A stretch of 24,750 nt of DNA, from the NCBI GenBank assembly GCA_031414955.1, contig JANOQV010000251.1, forward strand, positions 1-24,750. The letters are read 5' to 3'. The position numbers and the translations under genes were made by a program. This stretch comes from Pedosphaera sp. (GTDB taxonomy: Bacteria; Verrucomicrobiota; Verrucomicrobiia; Limisphaerales; SIBH01). Below the pieces are notes generated by a model. It was given only the letters and a program-made list of their open reading frames with translations, had not been told where the DNA came from and ran no database searches. Positions 1-10,500 of the stretch are shown piece after piece (position 1 is the first letter of the stretch; each line of letters begins with the position of its first letter).

Positions 1-1374
1 CTCGCGCTCGGTCACGGGGTTGGTTCCGGCGGCCAGCGAGGCTTGCGTGGAGACGGGCGTCTGGCTCCCGCCGCTTGGATGAACCGGGCCGGCGGCGGTC
101 AGCGTCACGACTTTGCTGAAGTCCGCGCGGCTCTTGCCGAAACCATTTTCGGCGACGGGCCGTTGGAAGGCACTGAAGAATTCGCGGCGGAGGTTGCCGA
201 GTTCGATGCGATCCTGCGGACGCTTCGGACCGGCGACACTCGGACGCACGCTGGCCAGGTTGAGTTCGACCACTTGCGAGTAATCAATCTCGCCCGGCTG
301 CGGAATGCCCCAGAGGCCCTGGGCCTTGTAGTAATTCTCGTAGAGCGCGCAATGCGCCTCGCTGCGCCCGGTGGCGCGGAGATAGTTCACGCATTCCACA
401 TCGATGGGGAAGAAGCCCATGGTCGCACCGTATTCGGGGGCCATGTTGGCAATCATCGCGCGGTCCACGACCGGCAACTCCGCCGCGCCCGGCCCGAAGA
501 ACTCGACGAATTTCCCGACGACCTTGGTCTTGCGGAGCAACTGCGTGACCGTGAGCGCGAGGTCGGTGGCGGTGACGCCTTCCGCCAGCGCGCCGGTGAG
601 ATGCACGCCGACGACATCAGGCGTGAGGAAATAGACCGGCTGCCCCAACATGCCCGCCTCAGCTTCGATGCCGCCGACGCCCCAGCCGACAATGCCGAGG
701 CCGTTGATCATCGTGGTGTGGGAGTCGGTGCCGACGAGCGTGTCGGGGTAGTAGATTTTAGATTTGAGATCCGAAATTTCAGAGGGCGAAGACAGCACGC
801 CCTTGGCGAGGTATTCGAGATTCACTTGATGCACGATGCCGATGCCGGGCGGCACGACCTTGAACGTGTCGAACGCCTGCATGCCCCACTTCAAAAACTG
901 GTAACGCTCGCGGTTGCGCGAGAACTCGATCTCCAGATTCTTTGCGAACGAATCCGCCGAACCCGCCGCATCCACCTGCACTGAGTGATCCACGACGAGG
1001 TCCACCGGCACGAGTGGCTCAATGATCTTCGGGTTCTTGCCGAGCTTCGCCACGGCGCTGCGCATCGCGGCGAGGTCCACGAGCAGCGGCACGCCGGTGA
1101 AGTCCTGCAAAACGATGCGCGCGACCACGAACGGGATCTCCGCCGTGCGCGTCTCGTTCGGCTTCCAGTTCGCCAGCTCCTTCACGTTCGCCTCGCTAAC
1201 CTTCTTGTCGTCGTAGTTGCGCAGCACGGATTCCAGCACGATGCGGACGCTCACGGGCAGGCGCGAGATGGGGCCGACACCGGCGGCTTCGAGCGCGGGG
1301 AGGGAATAGAACTGGCCGGACTTGCCGTTGCCGAGGTCAAAGGATTGAAGCGTGTTGAACAGGTTATGACTCAT
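1..1374 (-). CDS. acnA: aconitate hydratase A (5' part; runs off the left edge of the window)
   Basis: Absent from the ORF track because no stop lies inside the window. Manual translation from ATG at 1374 gives [28 protein letters not shown]...[20 protein letters not shown]...[32 protein letters not shown], the hallmark AcnA/IRP motifs. Confidence 0.97.
   Translation of the reverse strand, partial: MSHNLFNTLQSFDLGNGKSGQFYSLPALEAAGVGPISRLPVSVRIVLESVLRNYDDKKVSEANVKELANWKPNETRTAEIPFVVARIVLQDFTGVPLLVDLAAMRSAVAKLGKNPKIIEPLVPVDLVVDHSVQVDAAGSADSFAKNLEIEFSRNRERYQFLKWGMQAFDTFKVVPPGIGIVHQVNLEYLAKGVLSSPSEISDLKSKIYYPDTLVGTDSHTTMINGLGIVGWGVGGIEAEAGMLGQPVYFLTPDVVGVHLTGALAEGVTATDLALTVTQLLRKTKVVGKFVEFFGPGAAELPVVDRAMIANMAPEYGATMGFFPIDVECVNYLRATGRSEAHCALYENYYKAQGLWGIPQPGEIDYSQVVELNLASVRPSVAGPKRPQDRIELGNLRREFFSAFQRPVAENGFGKSRADFSKVVTLTAAGPVHPSGGSQTPVSTQASLAAGTNPVTERE
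754..783 (+). repeat. degenerate AT-rich heptamer tandem repeat (GATTTTA GATTTGA GATCCGA AATTTCA GA) inside acnA
   Basis: 7-nt periodicity is directly visible and the tract is AT-rich against GC-rich flanks. It encodes [10 protein letters not shown] on the minus strand. Confidence 0.6.
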
Positions 1375-1551
1375 AAAAATCAGCGCAAAAGATTAGCCGC
1401 ACGTTCTGCGGACGGGCGAAAATGAGTTTCAGAGAAATCGAAGTCAAGCGAGGCATTGAGAGCGAGTACGATTGGGCCGCCTCGGGCACGCGTGCCGCAC
1501 GACCTTCAGCTACTGTTTGTGTCGGGGAATCATTCGTGAGAGAACCGAGGC

Positions 1552-2703
1552 ATGAATTCCGCCGCTTCTCCGCCTATGCCTGAGTCCCGACGTATCGTAT
1601 CCGTCGATGCCCTGCGCGGGTTCGACATGTTCTGGATTCTTGGAGGCGATTCGCTGGGCCAGGCGCTCAAGGAAATGTCCGCAGGTGGGAGCGGGGCGTT
1701 CGCCTGGATGGGCAATGTATTCGGCAATCAGTTTGAACATGTTGAGTGGGCCGGTTTCCGCTTCTACGATCTCATCTTCCCGTTGTTCATTTTCATCGTC
1801 GGCGTGTCGTTGGTTTTCTCGTTGGGCCGAATCGTCGAGCGCGAGGGCCGGGCGGCAGCGCACGGGCGGGTGGGGCGGCGTTTTGCGCTGCTGTTCCTGC
1901 TGGCGCTCATTTATTCAGGAGGCGTCAGTCACCAGTGGCCGGACATCCGGCTGCTCGGAGTCTTGAACCGCATCGCGCTGTGCTATCTCGTGGCCTCGTT
2001 GCTGTTCCTGAATTTTCGTTGGCGCGGCTTAATCGTCGCCTGCGTGTCTCTGCTCGTGGGCTACTGGGCGCTGATGACTTTCGTGCCGGTGTCCGGCCTT
2101 GGGGCTGGTTCGTTTGCGCCCGGGGCCAACCTCGCCAACTGGATCGACTTGCATTGCCTCCCGGGCAAGCGCTGGGAGGGCACCTGGGATCCGGAAGGCT
2201 GGCTGAGCACGTTGCCGGCGATTGGAACCTGTCTGCTGGGGGTGTTTGCCGGAATGCTCCTGAAGAATTCGCGTGTCGCACCGCAGCGGAAATCACTTTG
2301 GCTCGCCGGAGTCGGAGTGGCGATGGTCGTGCTGGGGTTTCTGTGGGGAATCCAATTTCCGGTCGTGAAGAAGATTTGGACATCCTCCTTCGTGCTGGTC
2401 GCCGGCGGATTCAGTGCTTTGCTGCTCGGCCTCTTTCATCAAGTCATTGATGTCTGGGGCAAACAGCGCTGGTCCACGCCGTTCGTCTGGATTGGCGCGA
2501 ATGCCATCACGCTCTATTTCCTCGAGAACATGTTGAATTACGAACGACTGGCGGCGCGTTTCGTCGGCGGCGACGTGAAGGCGTTCCTGGACGGACGAGT
2601 GACCGCTGGTGCCGGGCACTTGATGGCGGCGATCGTGGGATTGTTGCTGGCCATTGCTCTGGCCGGTTTCCTCTATCGCCGAAAAATTTTCCTACGCGTG
2701 TGA
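1552..2703 (+). CDS. NagX / heparan-alpha-glucosaminide N-acetyltransferase-like membrane acyltransferase (DUF5009-type)
   Basis: Motifs RIVSVDALRGFDMFWI, H-x-x-W-x-G...DLIFPLFIFIVG, GVLNRIALCY, DPEGWLST and PVVKKIWTSSF, plus multiple hydrophobic segments. Confidence 0.88.
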   Translation: MNSAASPPMPESRRIVSVDALRGFDMFWILGGDSLGQALKEMSAGGSGAFAWMGNVFGNQFEHVEWAGFRFYDLIFPLFIFIVGVSLVFSLGRIVEREGRAAAHGRVGRRFALLFLLALIYSGGVSHQWPDIRLLGVLNRIALCYLVASLLFLNFRWRGLIVACVSLLVGYWALMTFVPVSGLGAGSFAPGANLANWIDLHCLPGKRWEGTWDPEGWLSTLPAIGTCLLGVFAGMLLKNSRVAPQRKSLWLAGVGVAMVVLGFLWGIQFPVVKKIWTSSFVLVAGGFSALLLGLFHQVIDVWGKQRWSTPFVWIGANAITLYFLENMLNYERLAARFVGGDVKAFLDGRVTAGAGHLMAAIVGLLLAIALAGFLYRRKIFLRV

Positions 2704-2784
2704 GCGAGGAGCGATGGGTGGGTGTTGAATGGGAGCAGCAGGATGAGCCGGCACTGATCCTCTACGGGAAGCCAGGGTGCCGAC

Positions 2785-2985
2785 TCATGGGCGCAGCCAC
2801 AGGGATGAAGCTTCGGGCCGCGCCGGATCCAGGGTGGTCGACCTGGCTGAAGTGGCCTCGATTAGTGCTCTCGGCGAGTCGTCCTCCAGCCAGCGTTTGC
2901 AATCACCGCAGATGCTTGGCTGGTCGAAGCCCAACACTTCGATCTGCTCCCCGCAACATCGACAGGTGCTCATCAGCATGGTCAT
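2785..2985 (-). CDS. putative small zinc-ribbon protein (66 aa)
   Basis: CRCC-x14-CGDC double Cys knuckle. ATG start. Fills an otherwise empty gap, co-oriented with and downstream of the GT4 gene. Confidence 0.45.
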   Translation of the reverse strand: MTMLMSTCRCCGEQIEVLGFDQPSICGDCKRWLEDDSPRALIEATSARSTTLDPARPEASSLWLRP

Positions 2986-3137
2986 GCCGCGAATTTGCCG
3001 TCACTCCGGCGGGCCACAAGCAGAAGTTATTGGCAGTTATTCACCGGCGGTGAGACAGGCCGTTTGGGCATGGATGGCATCGGTCTATTCGTCCCGGCAC
3101 TTACTGGAGACGTCGCTCGACCAAGACGCCCAGGCCA

Positions 3138-4319
3138 TCAACCTGGAGTGGGCACCTGCGCGTTCGTTTCCACCAAGACCAGGACGTGATCCACAATTCG
3201 ATCCCAAGTGTGTTCGCTCACGGAAGCACGGGCATTGGCTCCCAGTTGCTGGCGTAATTGCGGATTGTTCTGCAAACGGATTAGCGCCTTGGTGAAGGCT
3301 GGGGCATCGCCCGGCGCGACCAGTAATCCGGTCACGCCGTCCTGAATGATTTCGCCCACCTGGCCGATACGGCTCGCCACAATGGGCAGCCCGGCCGCCA
3401 TGTATTCATAGACCTTCAAGGGTGAGGAGTAGAAGTGCGCGAGGGGCGGATACGGAGCCACGGCAATGTCCATTGAAGCCAGCAGTCCCGGGATGGCCTC
3501 CGGCCCCACGGCCCCGGTGAATTGCACGCGGCCGAGCAATTCGCGCGCGGCGATTTCGCGATGAAGTTCCTCGCGGGCGGGACCATCACCGACGATCACC
3601 AGTCGCGCGTCGTAAGATTGCCGGGCGAACTGGGCGAAGCTGTTGATCAGCGTCGTAAAACCGTGGACCGCGCGCAATTCACCGACAAAGCCGATGACGA
3701 AATGATCCTGCTTCGGAATCGTGGCTTCAGCGTGGAGAAATTTTTCTGGGTTCACGGCGTTGGGTACGACGTGGATTTTGCCTCGCGCGCTCGGGTGCTG
3801 CTCAATGAGATGGGCCAGTTCCTTCGACACGACGGTGATGATGGAGGCGGCGCGGAAGACACGCATGGTCACGTCCTCGGCCACGGCGCGGTTCACGAGC
3901 GCGTGGCGGGCGCTATGTTCCTCAAGCAGCGGCGAGTTCACTTCGAGCACCGAAGGAATCTGGTGCTGAGTGGCGAAGTCCATGCCCGCGCAACTCCAGA
4001 GCGAATGTCGCTCGTAAATCAGATCGAACGGGATTTGGTCGTGTTCCGCAGTCAGGGCGCGATGCAAGGTCTCGTTATTGTCCAGCGCGGCCCGTTCCAG
4101 GCCGGCGGGGCTTTTGTCTTTGCGGGCCACGCGGGGCAGGGGATGAAGGCGAACGGAGGTCAGGTCGTGGGCCATCTGGTCTCCCAGGCGGTTGGCAAAA
4201 AGATGCACCTCGTCGCCACGTTTGAGCAGGGCGATCAATACTTCCTGCACATGCACGGAACAGCCTTGCGCGCCGAAAACCGGCACGTCAGGATCCGCGT
4301 TGATGTAAGCAATCTTCAT
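3138..4319 (-). CDS. glycosyltransferase family 4 (GT-B fold)
   Basis: MKIAYINAD N-terminus (ATG at 4319 preferred over 4454), IYERHSL, VVPNAVN, GFVG, IVGDGP, SPLKVYEYMAAGLPIVAS and GLLVAPGD. Confidence 0.92.
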   Translation of the reverse strand: MKIAYINADPDVPVFGAQGCSVHVQEVLIALLKRGDEVHLFANRLGDQMAHDLTSVRLHPLPRVARKDKSPAGLERAALDNNETLHRALTAEHDQIPFDLIYERHSLWSCAGMDFATQHQIPSVLEVNSPLLEEHSARHALVNRAVAEDVTMRVFRAASIITVVSKELAHLIEQHPSARGKIHVVPNAVNPEKFLHAEATIPKQDHFVIGFVGELRAVHGFTTLINSFAQFARQSYDARLVIVGDGPAREELHREIAARELLGRVQFTGAVGPEAIPGLLASMDIAVAPYPPLAHFYSSPLKVYEYMAAGLPIVASRIGQVGEIIQDGVTGLLVAPGDAPAFTKALIRLQNNPQLRQQLGANARASVSEHTWDRIVDHVLVLVETNAQVPTPG

Positions 4320-4582
4320 GGCAAGGCAAAACGCCGCTCCTCGTTCCATCGGCGGAAGAACGACTTTTCTGAACCGTGCCAGTCCACCGATCGATCCGAG
4401 ACATGGTTTGAGCGCGGGGGCCATGGGCTGAAAATAGTGTGTATTGAAGCTCAAGCCATCTCGGAGAGGCGGATGACGAGGTCACTCGACTATTCCAGAA
4501 AGTTAGCTCTGACCGCAGCGTGCGGCCGAAAGGGTCCGAACCATTTTTGTATCCTGCACTGCCATCTGTCCCAACCAGCCAT

Positions 4583-4617
4583 CCATTCGCCACTCGCCCG
4601 CAGCCATTCGCCACACG
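4583..4617 (+). repeat. heptamer tandem repeat x5 (CCATTCG CCACTCG CCCGCAG CCATTCG CCACACG)
   Basis: Five contiguous CCNNNNG units, ending 55 nt upstream of the haloperoxidase start. Confidence 0.65.
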
Positions 4618-4672
4618 AGGTTCGACTCTTGAGCCCAACCATGATTTGCTTTGGTCAGCACAACCAAAAAGT

Positions 4673-6790
4673 ATGAAATCAGCTTCCCGACCAATTACTC
4701 GATTTGCGATCATCACAGCGGTTGCCCTGGTAACGCTCTGGTGTGCAACGGTGAACCTCGACGCTGCCGCCTCCAACAGCATTGCGCGCACCTGGAATGA
4801 GCGCGCGCTCGCCGCCATCCGGCAGGACACGCCACATCCGCCGGCGCAGGCCCGCAATCTTTTCGGCTTTTCCATCGCGATGTATGACGCCTGGGCGGCC
4901 TACGACACCAATGCGGTCGGCTACATCTATCGCGGCAAGCACACCGCCGGCGATGTGGCCGCGGCGCGGCGCGAAGCCATCAGCTACGCGGTCTTCCGAC
5001 TGATGAGGGAACGCCACTTTTACTCCCGGACCGCCAGCAACACCCTCGTGCTCGATACCAACTTGATCACGTCCCTCGGTTACGACCCCAGCAACACCAA
5101 CCGCGACACCGCCACTCCGGCAGGCGTGGGCAATTCCGTTTTTGATGCGGTTTCGCTCTGGTTCAGCGACGACGGCTCGCGGCAGACCAATGGAACTCCC
5201 TACAACCCGGCGTTGCCCGCGACGCTCCCCATCGCCTATCCCGACTACCCCATCGGCAACCCGCTTCGCTACGCCTTCATCAACCCGGCCCTGGCCACGG
5301 ATCGAGCCGGCATCGACGATGGGTTTGGCAACACGGTGGTGGACATCAATCGCTGGCAGCGGCTCAACGTCGTGAACGCCGTGGATCAAAATGGTTTTCC
5401 CACCAGCCCGCAGCAACCTTACCTCGGAGCGCAATGGCTGGGCGTGCGGCCCTTCTCCCTGCGCCGCGCCCTCACCAACACGCCGTGGATTGATCCCGGC
5501 CCGCCGCCGTTTTTCGGCGGCCCCCGGCACGCGGAGTTCGTCACCAACATCGTGGAAGTCATCCGCCGCAGCAGCCAGTTGACGCCGAACGACGGTGTGA
5601 CGCTGGACATCTCCCCAGCCTCGCAAGGCAACAACTCGCTCGGGGCCAACGACGGCTCGGGCCGTCCGTTCAACCCCATCACCAGCCTGCCCTACGCGCC
5701 GAACATCGCCTTGCGCGGCGACTTCGCGCGCGCGCTGACCGAGTTTTGGGCCGATGGTCCGACCTCGGAAACTCCGCCCGGCCACTGGAACGTGATTGCC
5801 AACGACGTGGCCGACCATCCCTTGTTCGTGAAGAAAATTGGCGGCATCGGCCCCGCGGTTAATGATCTGGAGTGGGACGTGAAGATGTACTTCACGGTGA
5901 ACGCGGCGGCCCACGACGCGGCCTGCGCGGCCTGGGGAGCGAAACGCTATTACGATGGCTACCGCCCCTTGAGCGCCGTCCGTTACCTGGGGATGCTCGG
6001 GCAGTCCAGTGAACCGGCCAGCCCTTCGTACAACGCCAACGGCCTGCCGCTGATCACCAATCTCATCGAGTTGGTCACGGCCTCCTCGGTCTCCTCCGGG
6101 CGGCACGCTGGTTTGACCCCCAACAAGATTGCCGTGCTCTGCTGGCCGGGCGAAACGCCCCAGCGCGTCACCAACAACGGCGTGCGCTGGCTGCATGTCG
6201 ATACGTGGACCACGTATCAACGCTCCAATTTCGTCACCCCGGCTTTCCCCGGTTACATTTCCGGCCACAGCACCTTCAGCCGGTCCATCGCCCAGGCGCT
6301 CACCTCGCTCACGGGCACGGAGTACTTCCCGGGCGGCATGGGCTCCTACACCATCACCAGCCTCCTCAATGAGCAGGGACCGTCTGCCCCCGTCACCTTG
6401 CAATGGGCCACTTACTATGATGCTGCGGATCAGATTGGCATCTCGCGCATCTGGGGTGGCATTCATCCGCCGGCCGATGACTACGCCGGACGGCAAGTGG
6501 GCGCGCATTGCGGTTCGAACGTCTGGAATTTGGCCAGGCGCTACTGGGATGGCTCAGTCACCAACACGCCCGTCACCATCGCCCGCCTCAGCCCGACCCA
6601 ATATGAAGTGCGCTACGAGTCACTGCGCGGTCTCTACTACGACTTCCGTTCCTCGGTCGAGGCCGGGCAAACCTTCACCAACGATCCGCCGGGCACCAGC
6701 CTGCCGTTCGAAGCACTCTCCGTGAGACGCACGAACAACTATGGCGGGCCGGTGAAGTTCCACCGGGCCGTGGGCCGGTTAGTGCCCTGA
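4673..6790 (+). CDS. secreted vanadium-dependent haloperoxidase-family protein (PAP2 superfamily)
   Basis: Signal peptide from ATG at 4673 ([23 protein letters not shown]...AAAS). All three vanadate/phosphate-binding motifs are present: K-x6-RP (KRYYDGYRP), PGYISGHS and SR-x5-H-x3-D ([12 protein letters not shown]). Also [15 protein letters not shown]. Confidence 0.9.
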   Translation: MKSASRPITRFAIITAVALVTLWCATVNLDAAASNSIARTWNERALAAIRQDTPHPPAQARNLFGFSIAMYDAWAAYDTNAVGYIYRGKHTAGDVAAARREAISYAVFRLMRERHFYSRTASNTLVLDTNLITSLGYDPSNTNRDTATPAGVGNSVFDAVSLWFSDDGSRQTNGTPYNPALPATLPIAYPDYPIGNPLRYAFINPALATDRAGIDDGFGNTVVDINRWQRLNVVNAVDQNGFPTSPQQPYLGAQWLGVRPFSLRRALTNTPWIDPGPPPFFGGPRHAEFVTNIVEVIRRSSQLTPNDGVTLDISPASQGNNSLGANDGSGRPFNPITSLPYAPNIALRGDFARALTEFWADGPTSETPPGHWNVIANDVADHPLFVKKIGGIGPAVNDLEWDVKMYFTVNAAAHDAACAAWGAKRYYDGYRPLSAVRYLGMLGQSSEPASPSYNANGLPLITNLIELVTASSVSSGRHAGLTPNKIAVLCWPGETPQRVTNNGVRWLHVDTWTTYQRSNFVTPAFPGYISGHSTFSRSIAQALTSLTGTEYFPGGMGSYTITSLLNEQGPSAPVTLQWATYYDAADQIGISRIWGGIHPPADDYAGRQVGAHCGSNVWNLARRYWDGSVTNTPVTIARLSPTQYEVRYESLRGLYYDFRSSVEAGQTFTNDPPGTSLPFEALSVRRTNNYGGPVKFHRAVGRLVP

Positions 6791-6825
6791 GGTGCGCGGC
6801 GTGCGTCCTTAATCAGCAACATGAC

Positions 6826-7515
6826 ATGAAGCTGAAACGTCCCCTTGCTTCGCGCGGGTTCACCCTGATCGAACTGCTCGTGGTCATCGCCATCATTGCG
6901 ATTCTGGCCAGCCTGCTGCTGCCCGCGCTGGCCAAGGCCAAGGCCCGCGCCCAGCGCATTGGCTGCGTGAGTAATCTCAAGCAAATCGGACTCGCCATGC
7001 GGATGTATGCCAACGACCACGAAGGCAAATTCCCCTGGCGCGTGCCCGCTGCCGACGACGGGGGGCTGGACGCCACCGTGGATCTCCAATTCCTCCTCGT
7101 TTCCAACGAAGTGGTCACACCCAAAGTGGTCGTCTGCCCTTCCGACAAGTCACGCCCGGTCGCCACCGAGTGGGTCGCCTTCGGCATGGACAACATCAGC
7201 TACCCGCTGGGCAACGATGCCGATGAAGCCAAGCCCAGTCACATCCTTGCTGCGGATCGCAGCATGACCGGGTTTGAAGTTGGTCCTCCCGTGCTGCCCT
7301 TCAACGCCGCCTGTTACACCATCGGGGCTGGTGGCGGCATGAACGCCAGGTGGGACAAGGATCTTTGCCACGGGGCCAACGCCGGTAATCTCGGTCTGAG
7401 CGATGGCAGCGTGCAGCAATTGACCAACGCCAAGCTCACCAACACCGTCCGCACCATTCGTCCCGCCGACTGCGTCGATGGTTTTTCGGTGCGCATGTTC
7501 CTGCCTAATCCGTAG
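6826..7515 (+). CDS. prepilin-type N-terminal cleavage/methylation protein with C-terminal H-X9-DG-like motif (PVC pseudopilin family)
   Basis: [27 protein letters not shown] and [15 protein letters not shown]. Confidence 0.93.
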   Translation: MKLKRPLASRGFTLIELLVVIAIIAILASLLLPALAKAKARAQRIGCVSNLKQIGLAMRMYANDHEGKFPWRVPAADDGGLDATVDLQFLLVSNEVVTPKVVVCPSDKSRPVATEWVAFGMDNISYPLGNDADEAKPSHILAADRSMTGFEVGPPVLPFNAACYTIGAGGGMNARWDKDLCHGANAGNLGLSDGSVQQLTNAKLTNTVRTIRPADCVDGFSVRMFLPNP

Positions 7516-7536
7516 CTGGGGAACTAGGAATTCTGG

Positions 7537-10500
7537 CTACTGGTTCCATCGCAGTTGCACCTTCCCCACGTCCAGCGGCCCCGGGCCTGCGCCGACGATT
7601 ACCTCCTGATTGGAGGTGCCGATCTGCCGGGAGCTGTTGGGTGTCCGCGCGTCGGTAGGATGAATGTTCAGGTGGTAGGCACCCGGCGGCACGTTCGGAA
7701 TGCGGAACGAGCCGTCGTCCTCGAACAACAACACATAGGTGCGCTCGATGAGATTCTCCCGGACTTGCGCCTGGTTCATCGCCTGGAGTTGGGCGTTGCG
7801 CTCGGCCAGCAGGCGCACGCGCTCCTGCGCCGTGGCGTTGGGCGGGAATCGCATGGGCGGCGGGATGCGCGACGAGGGCTGGCGCACCAGCTTATGTGCG
7901 TCGCGTCGCCAATCAACCGAGCCGGGGCTGATGCCCGTGAGGTCCACCTGGCCCAGCACGGTGCGCCCTGTGCCGCCGATGATTACGTCATTGGTTCGCC
8001 CTGGCTCCACGGCCACCACCACGGTGTGACTGAGCTTGGTGTTACCGATGTTCTGATCCGCAAACTTGTAGTGCAGTGAAACGGAACGCGTGCCGGGCGG
8101 AACCGAATCCAGGACGAAGCTCCCGTCCGCGTTCGGTTTCACGTCACGATAAACGTAGAGTGGGGCCAAGGTGCGCGGGGTGCCGGGGTCGCGATTGATG
8201 AAGATCGTGCGCAGTGCAATGCTGTGAAATGGCTCCACCTTGTCGCCGACACGCAGCACACCCTTGATCTGCCCCCACGGCTTCAACGCGATCCGCCCCG
8301 TGTTGGTGACTTGCGTGAGCGGCACTTCCGCGTAGCCGGATTGCGGATGCGTGGCCAGCACCAGATCCGCTTCCAGCTTCGGCGTCAACTCCGCTCGGCC
8401 CTGCGCATCGGTCGTGGAGATTTCATAAACCGTGGCCGAGCTCCGAAATTTTCCCGGAGCATCCATGTAGCCGCTCGCGGTGCGGCCGAGCAGAATCACC
8501 TCCGCGCCCGCCGCCGGTGAACCATCCGGCGCGCTCACCGCCACCGGGATAAGTTGCGCCCGCCGCAGCTCGAACACATTGCTGTAAGAACCTTCAAAGG
8601 GCGGCAGCTTCTCGCTCAGTGGCTCGTAGCCTTTCGCTTCCAGCAAGAGAGTGATTTCCTCATAGGCCGTACTGCCGAGGATGGAGCTGAAGGTTCCGTT
8701 TCGCCCGGTGGTCGAGGTGGAGCCGCTGCCGTTCTTGTAGCTATAACGCACCGACACGCGGATCTGATCCACGGCCTTCTTGCTCACCGCGTCGATCACC
8801 CGGCCTGCGACCCTGGTCGGCTGTGAATAGGTGTAGTTCAACTCGTTCGGCATGGGGAGCGTGACCGTGTGCGTGTAGCGCGAATAACCCGTCTTGGAGT
8901 ACTCGAAGGTCAGCCGGCCCTCGGGCGCGTGGTCCCAGCGGAAGCGCCCCTCGCTGTCCGTCTTCGTCGCCCAACTCATCCCCCGGCTGCCCTGCCAGTC
9001 CGTGAGCTTCACGTCCACCCCGGCCACGGGACGCCCGCGCGCGTCGGCCATCTTCAGGCGGTAGGTGCTGCCGCTCTTCAACACGATGTCGGGCCTCGGC
9101 TGCGTCGTGTCGAGCGCGGCTGAAGTCATCACCGGCGCCAGACTCTTGGCGAAGGCGAGAGCCTTGGCCGTGCTGTTCGTGGCGTTGCGCACAATGAACG
9201 AGTAGTGGCCTTTCTCATCCGTGTAACGCACCACATGCTGCGTCGCGCCGTAGTCCAGAATCACCGTGGCCTTGGCCAGCGCCTGCCCCGCTTCATTCAC
9301 CACGCGACCGGCCACGCGCATCTCCGGCTGCAAAGTCGTCAGGATCGTGCGCGCCGTCAGTTCCGCAGGATTCAACTGCGACAGTTGAACCAACCGGTAC
9401 TCGGGATGCGCGACCTCGAAGACCAGATTGCTTAACGAGCGCCGGTCCGCCGTGGTCTGCCAACGCCCATCCGCTCCCGTGAGGCCCGCCTCGACATCCG
9501 CGCGTGCGACCGTGTTGCTCGAGACCCGGACGATCTCATACGGCGTCACCGTCACGCCGGCGATGGGCTGGCCGCCGGGATCGACCACCCGCCCGCCGAT
9601 GATCTGCCCGCGTTCCAGCGGCAACTCGATGGACTCCGGCCACGCGCCCGCCTCGCTGCTGGAAAAGTTTCGCGAACCGACCACGAAGCCCGGACTGTTC
9701 ACGCGCAGCCCGAGCGACACCGCCGCCTGGGGCGGATAATCCACGACCAATTCTCCGGCCCGGTCCGTGCGATGCTCGCCGAAGAAAAATGCCTTTGTGT
9801 CGTCCTGCACCGTCACCAGCACGACCGCATTCGTGACCGGACGCGCCGCGCCCGCTTCCACCACCCGCACCTTCAGGCTGCGGCGATAGGCGGTGTCGGG
9901 AAACTCCGAGGCGCGTTGCCATACTTTCCGCCGCACCGGCGCGGCCAGCGGCGCGAGTTCGCCGCTCGCTTGCAACGTCACCGCGAACAACACCGGCGTG
10001 GCCCGGCCGAAGAGCGAGACGAAATCCAGCGTGGCGATCTCCGCGTCCGGCAGCGGATTCTCCAGCACAGTGTGATAAAGCCGCGCGCCGGAATCATTCT
10101 GAACCGCCGCGCCCACCGGCCAGACCAACGTGGAATTACCATCCGCCAGCGCCGCCGTGCCTTCCGCCTCCGTGACCACGACGTTACGCGCATGGACACC
10201 AAAGGACAGGCGCAGGGCGTGTGATTCGCCGTTCTTGAAATGCAAGTTCAAGTTCGCCAACGGCACTCCCTCCTTCGCGCCGTGCAACGCGCCGTGCAAA
10301 AGATGCAGCCGCGCCGCCTTCTGCCCCACCGGCACGCCGGTGACTTGCGCCGGGTGAAACTCGCCATTGTGCGCCGCGTCAAGTCCGGTCACCTGGATGC
10401 GCCCGCCGAGCACAAACGGAATTCCCCCCAGCGTCTGTTGGCCCTGCGGAAAAATGGCCGCGGCCGTGGGAGCATGGGAGAGATTGAAGTGTGTGGAGAG

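Noticed and set aside
43..1425. + strand ORFs 43..984 (313 aa) and 985..1425 (146 aa)
   Set aside because: Antisense shadows of acnA, which carries the conserved motifs on the minus strand.
1485..1496. 12-bp palindrome GGCACGCGTGCC in the acnA/nagX intergenic region
   Set aside because: It is GC-rich and short, so it is plausible by chance at this base composition.
4616..4641. tRNA-like 3' fragment GGTTCGACTC...CCA
   Set aside because: The T-stem pairs for only about 3 bp, there is no complementary acceptor 5' strand or D/anticodon arm upstream, and no integrase is nearby.
4320..4672. N-terminal extensions in the ORF track (4454, 4520; also 13682, 13786 and 15632)
   Set aside because: The extensions are low-complexity and precede the family-typical N-termini or signal peptides, so the downstream ATGs were used.
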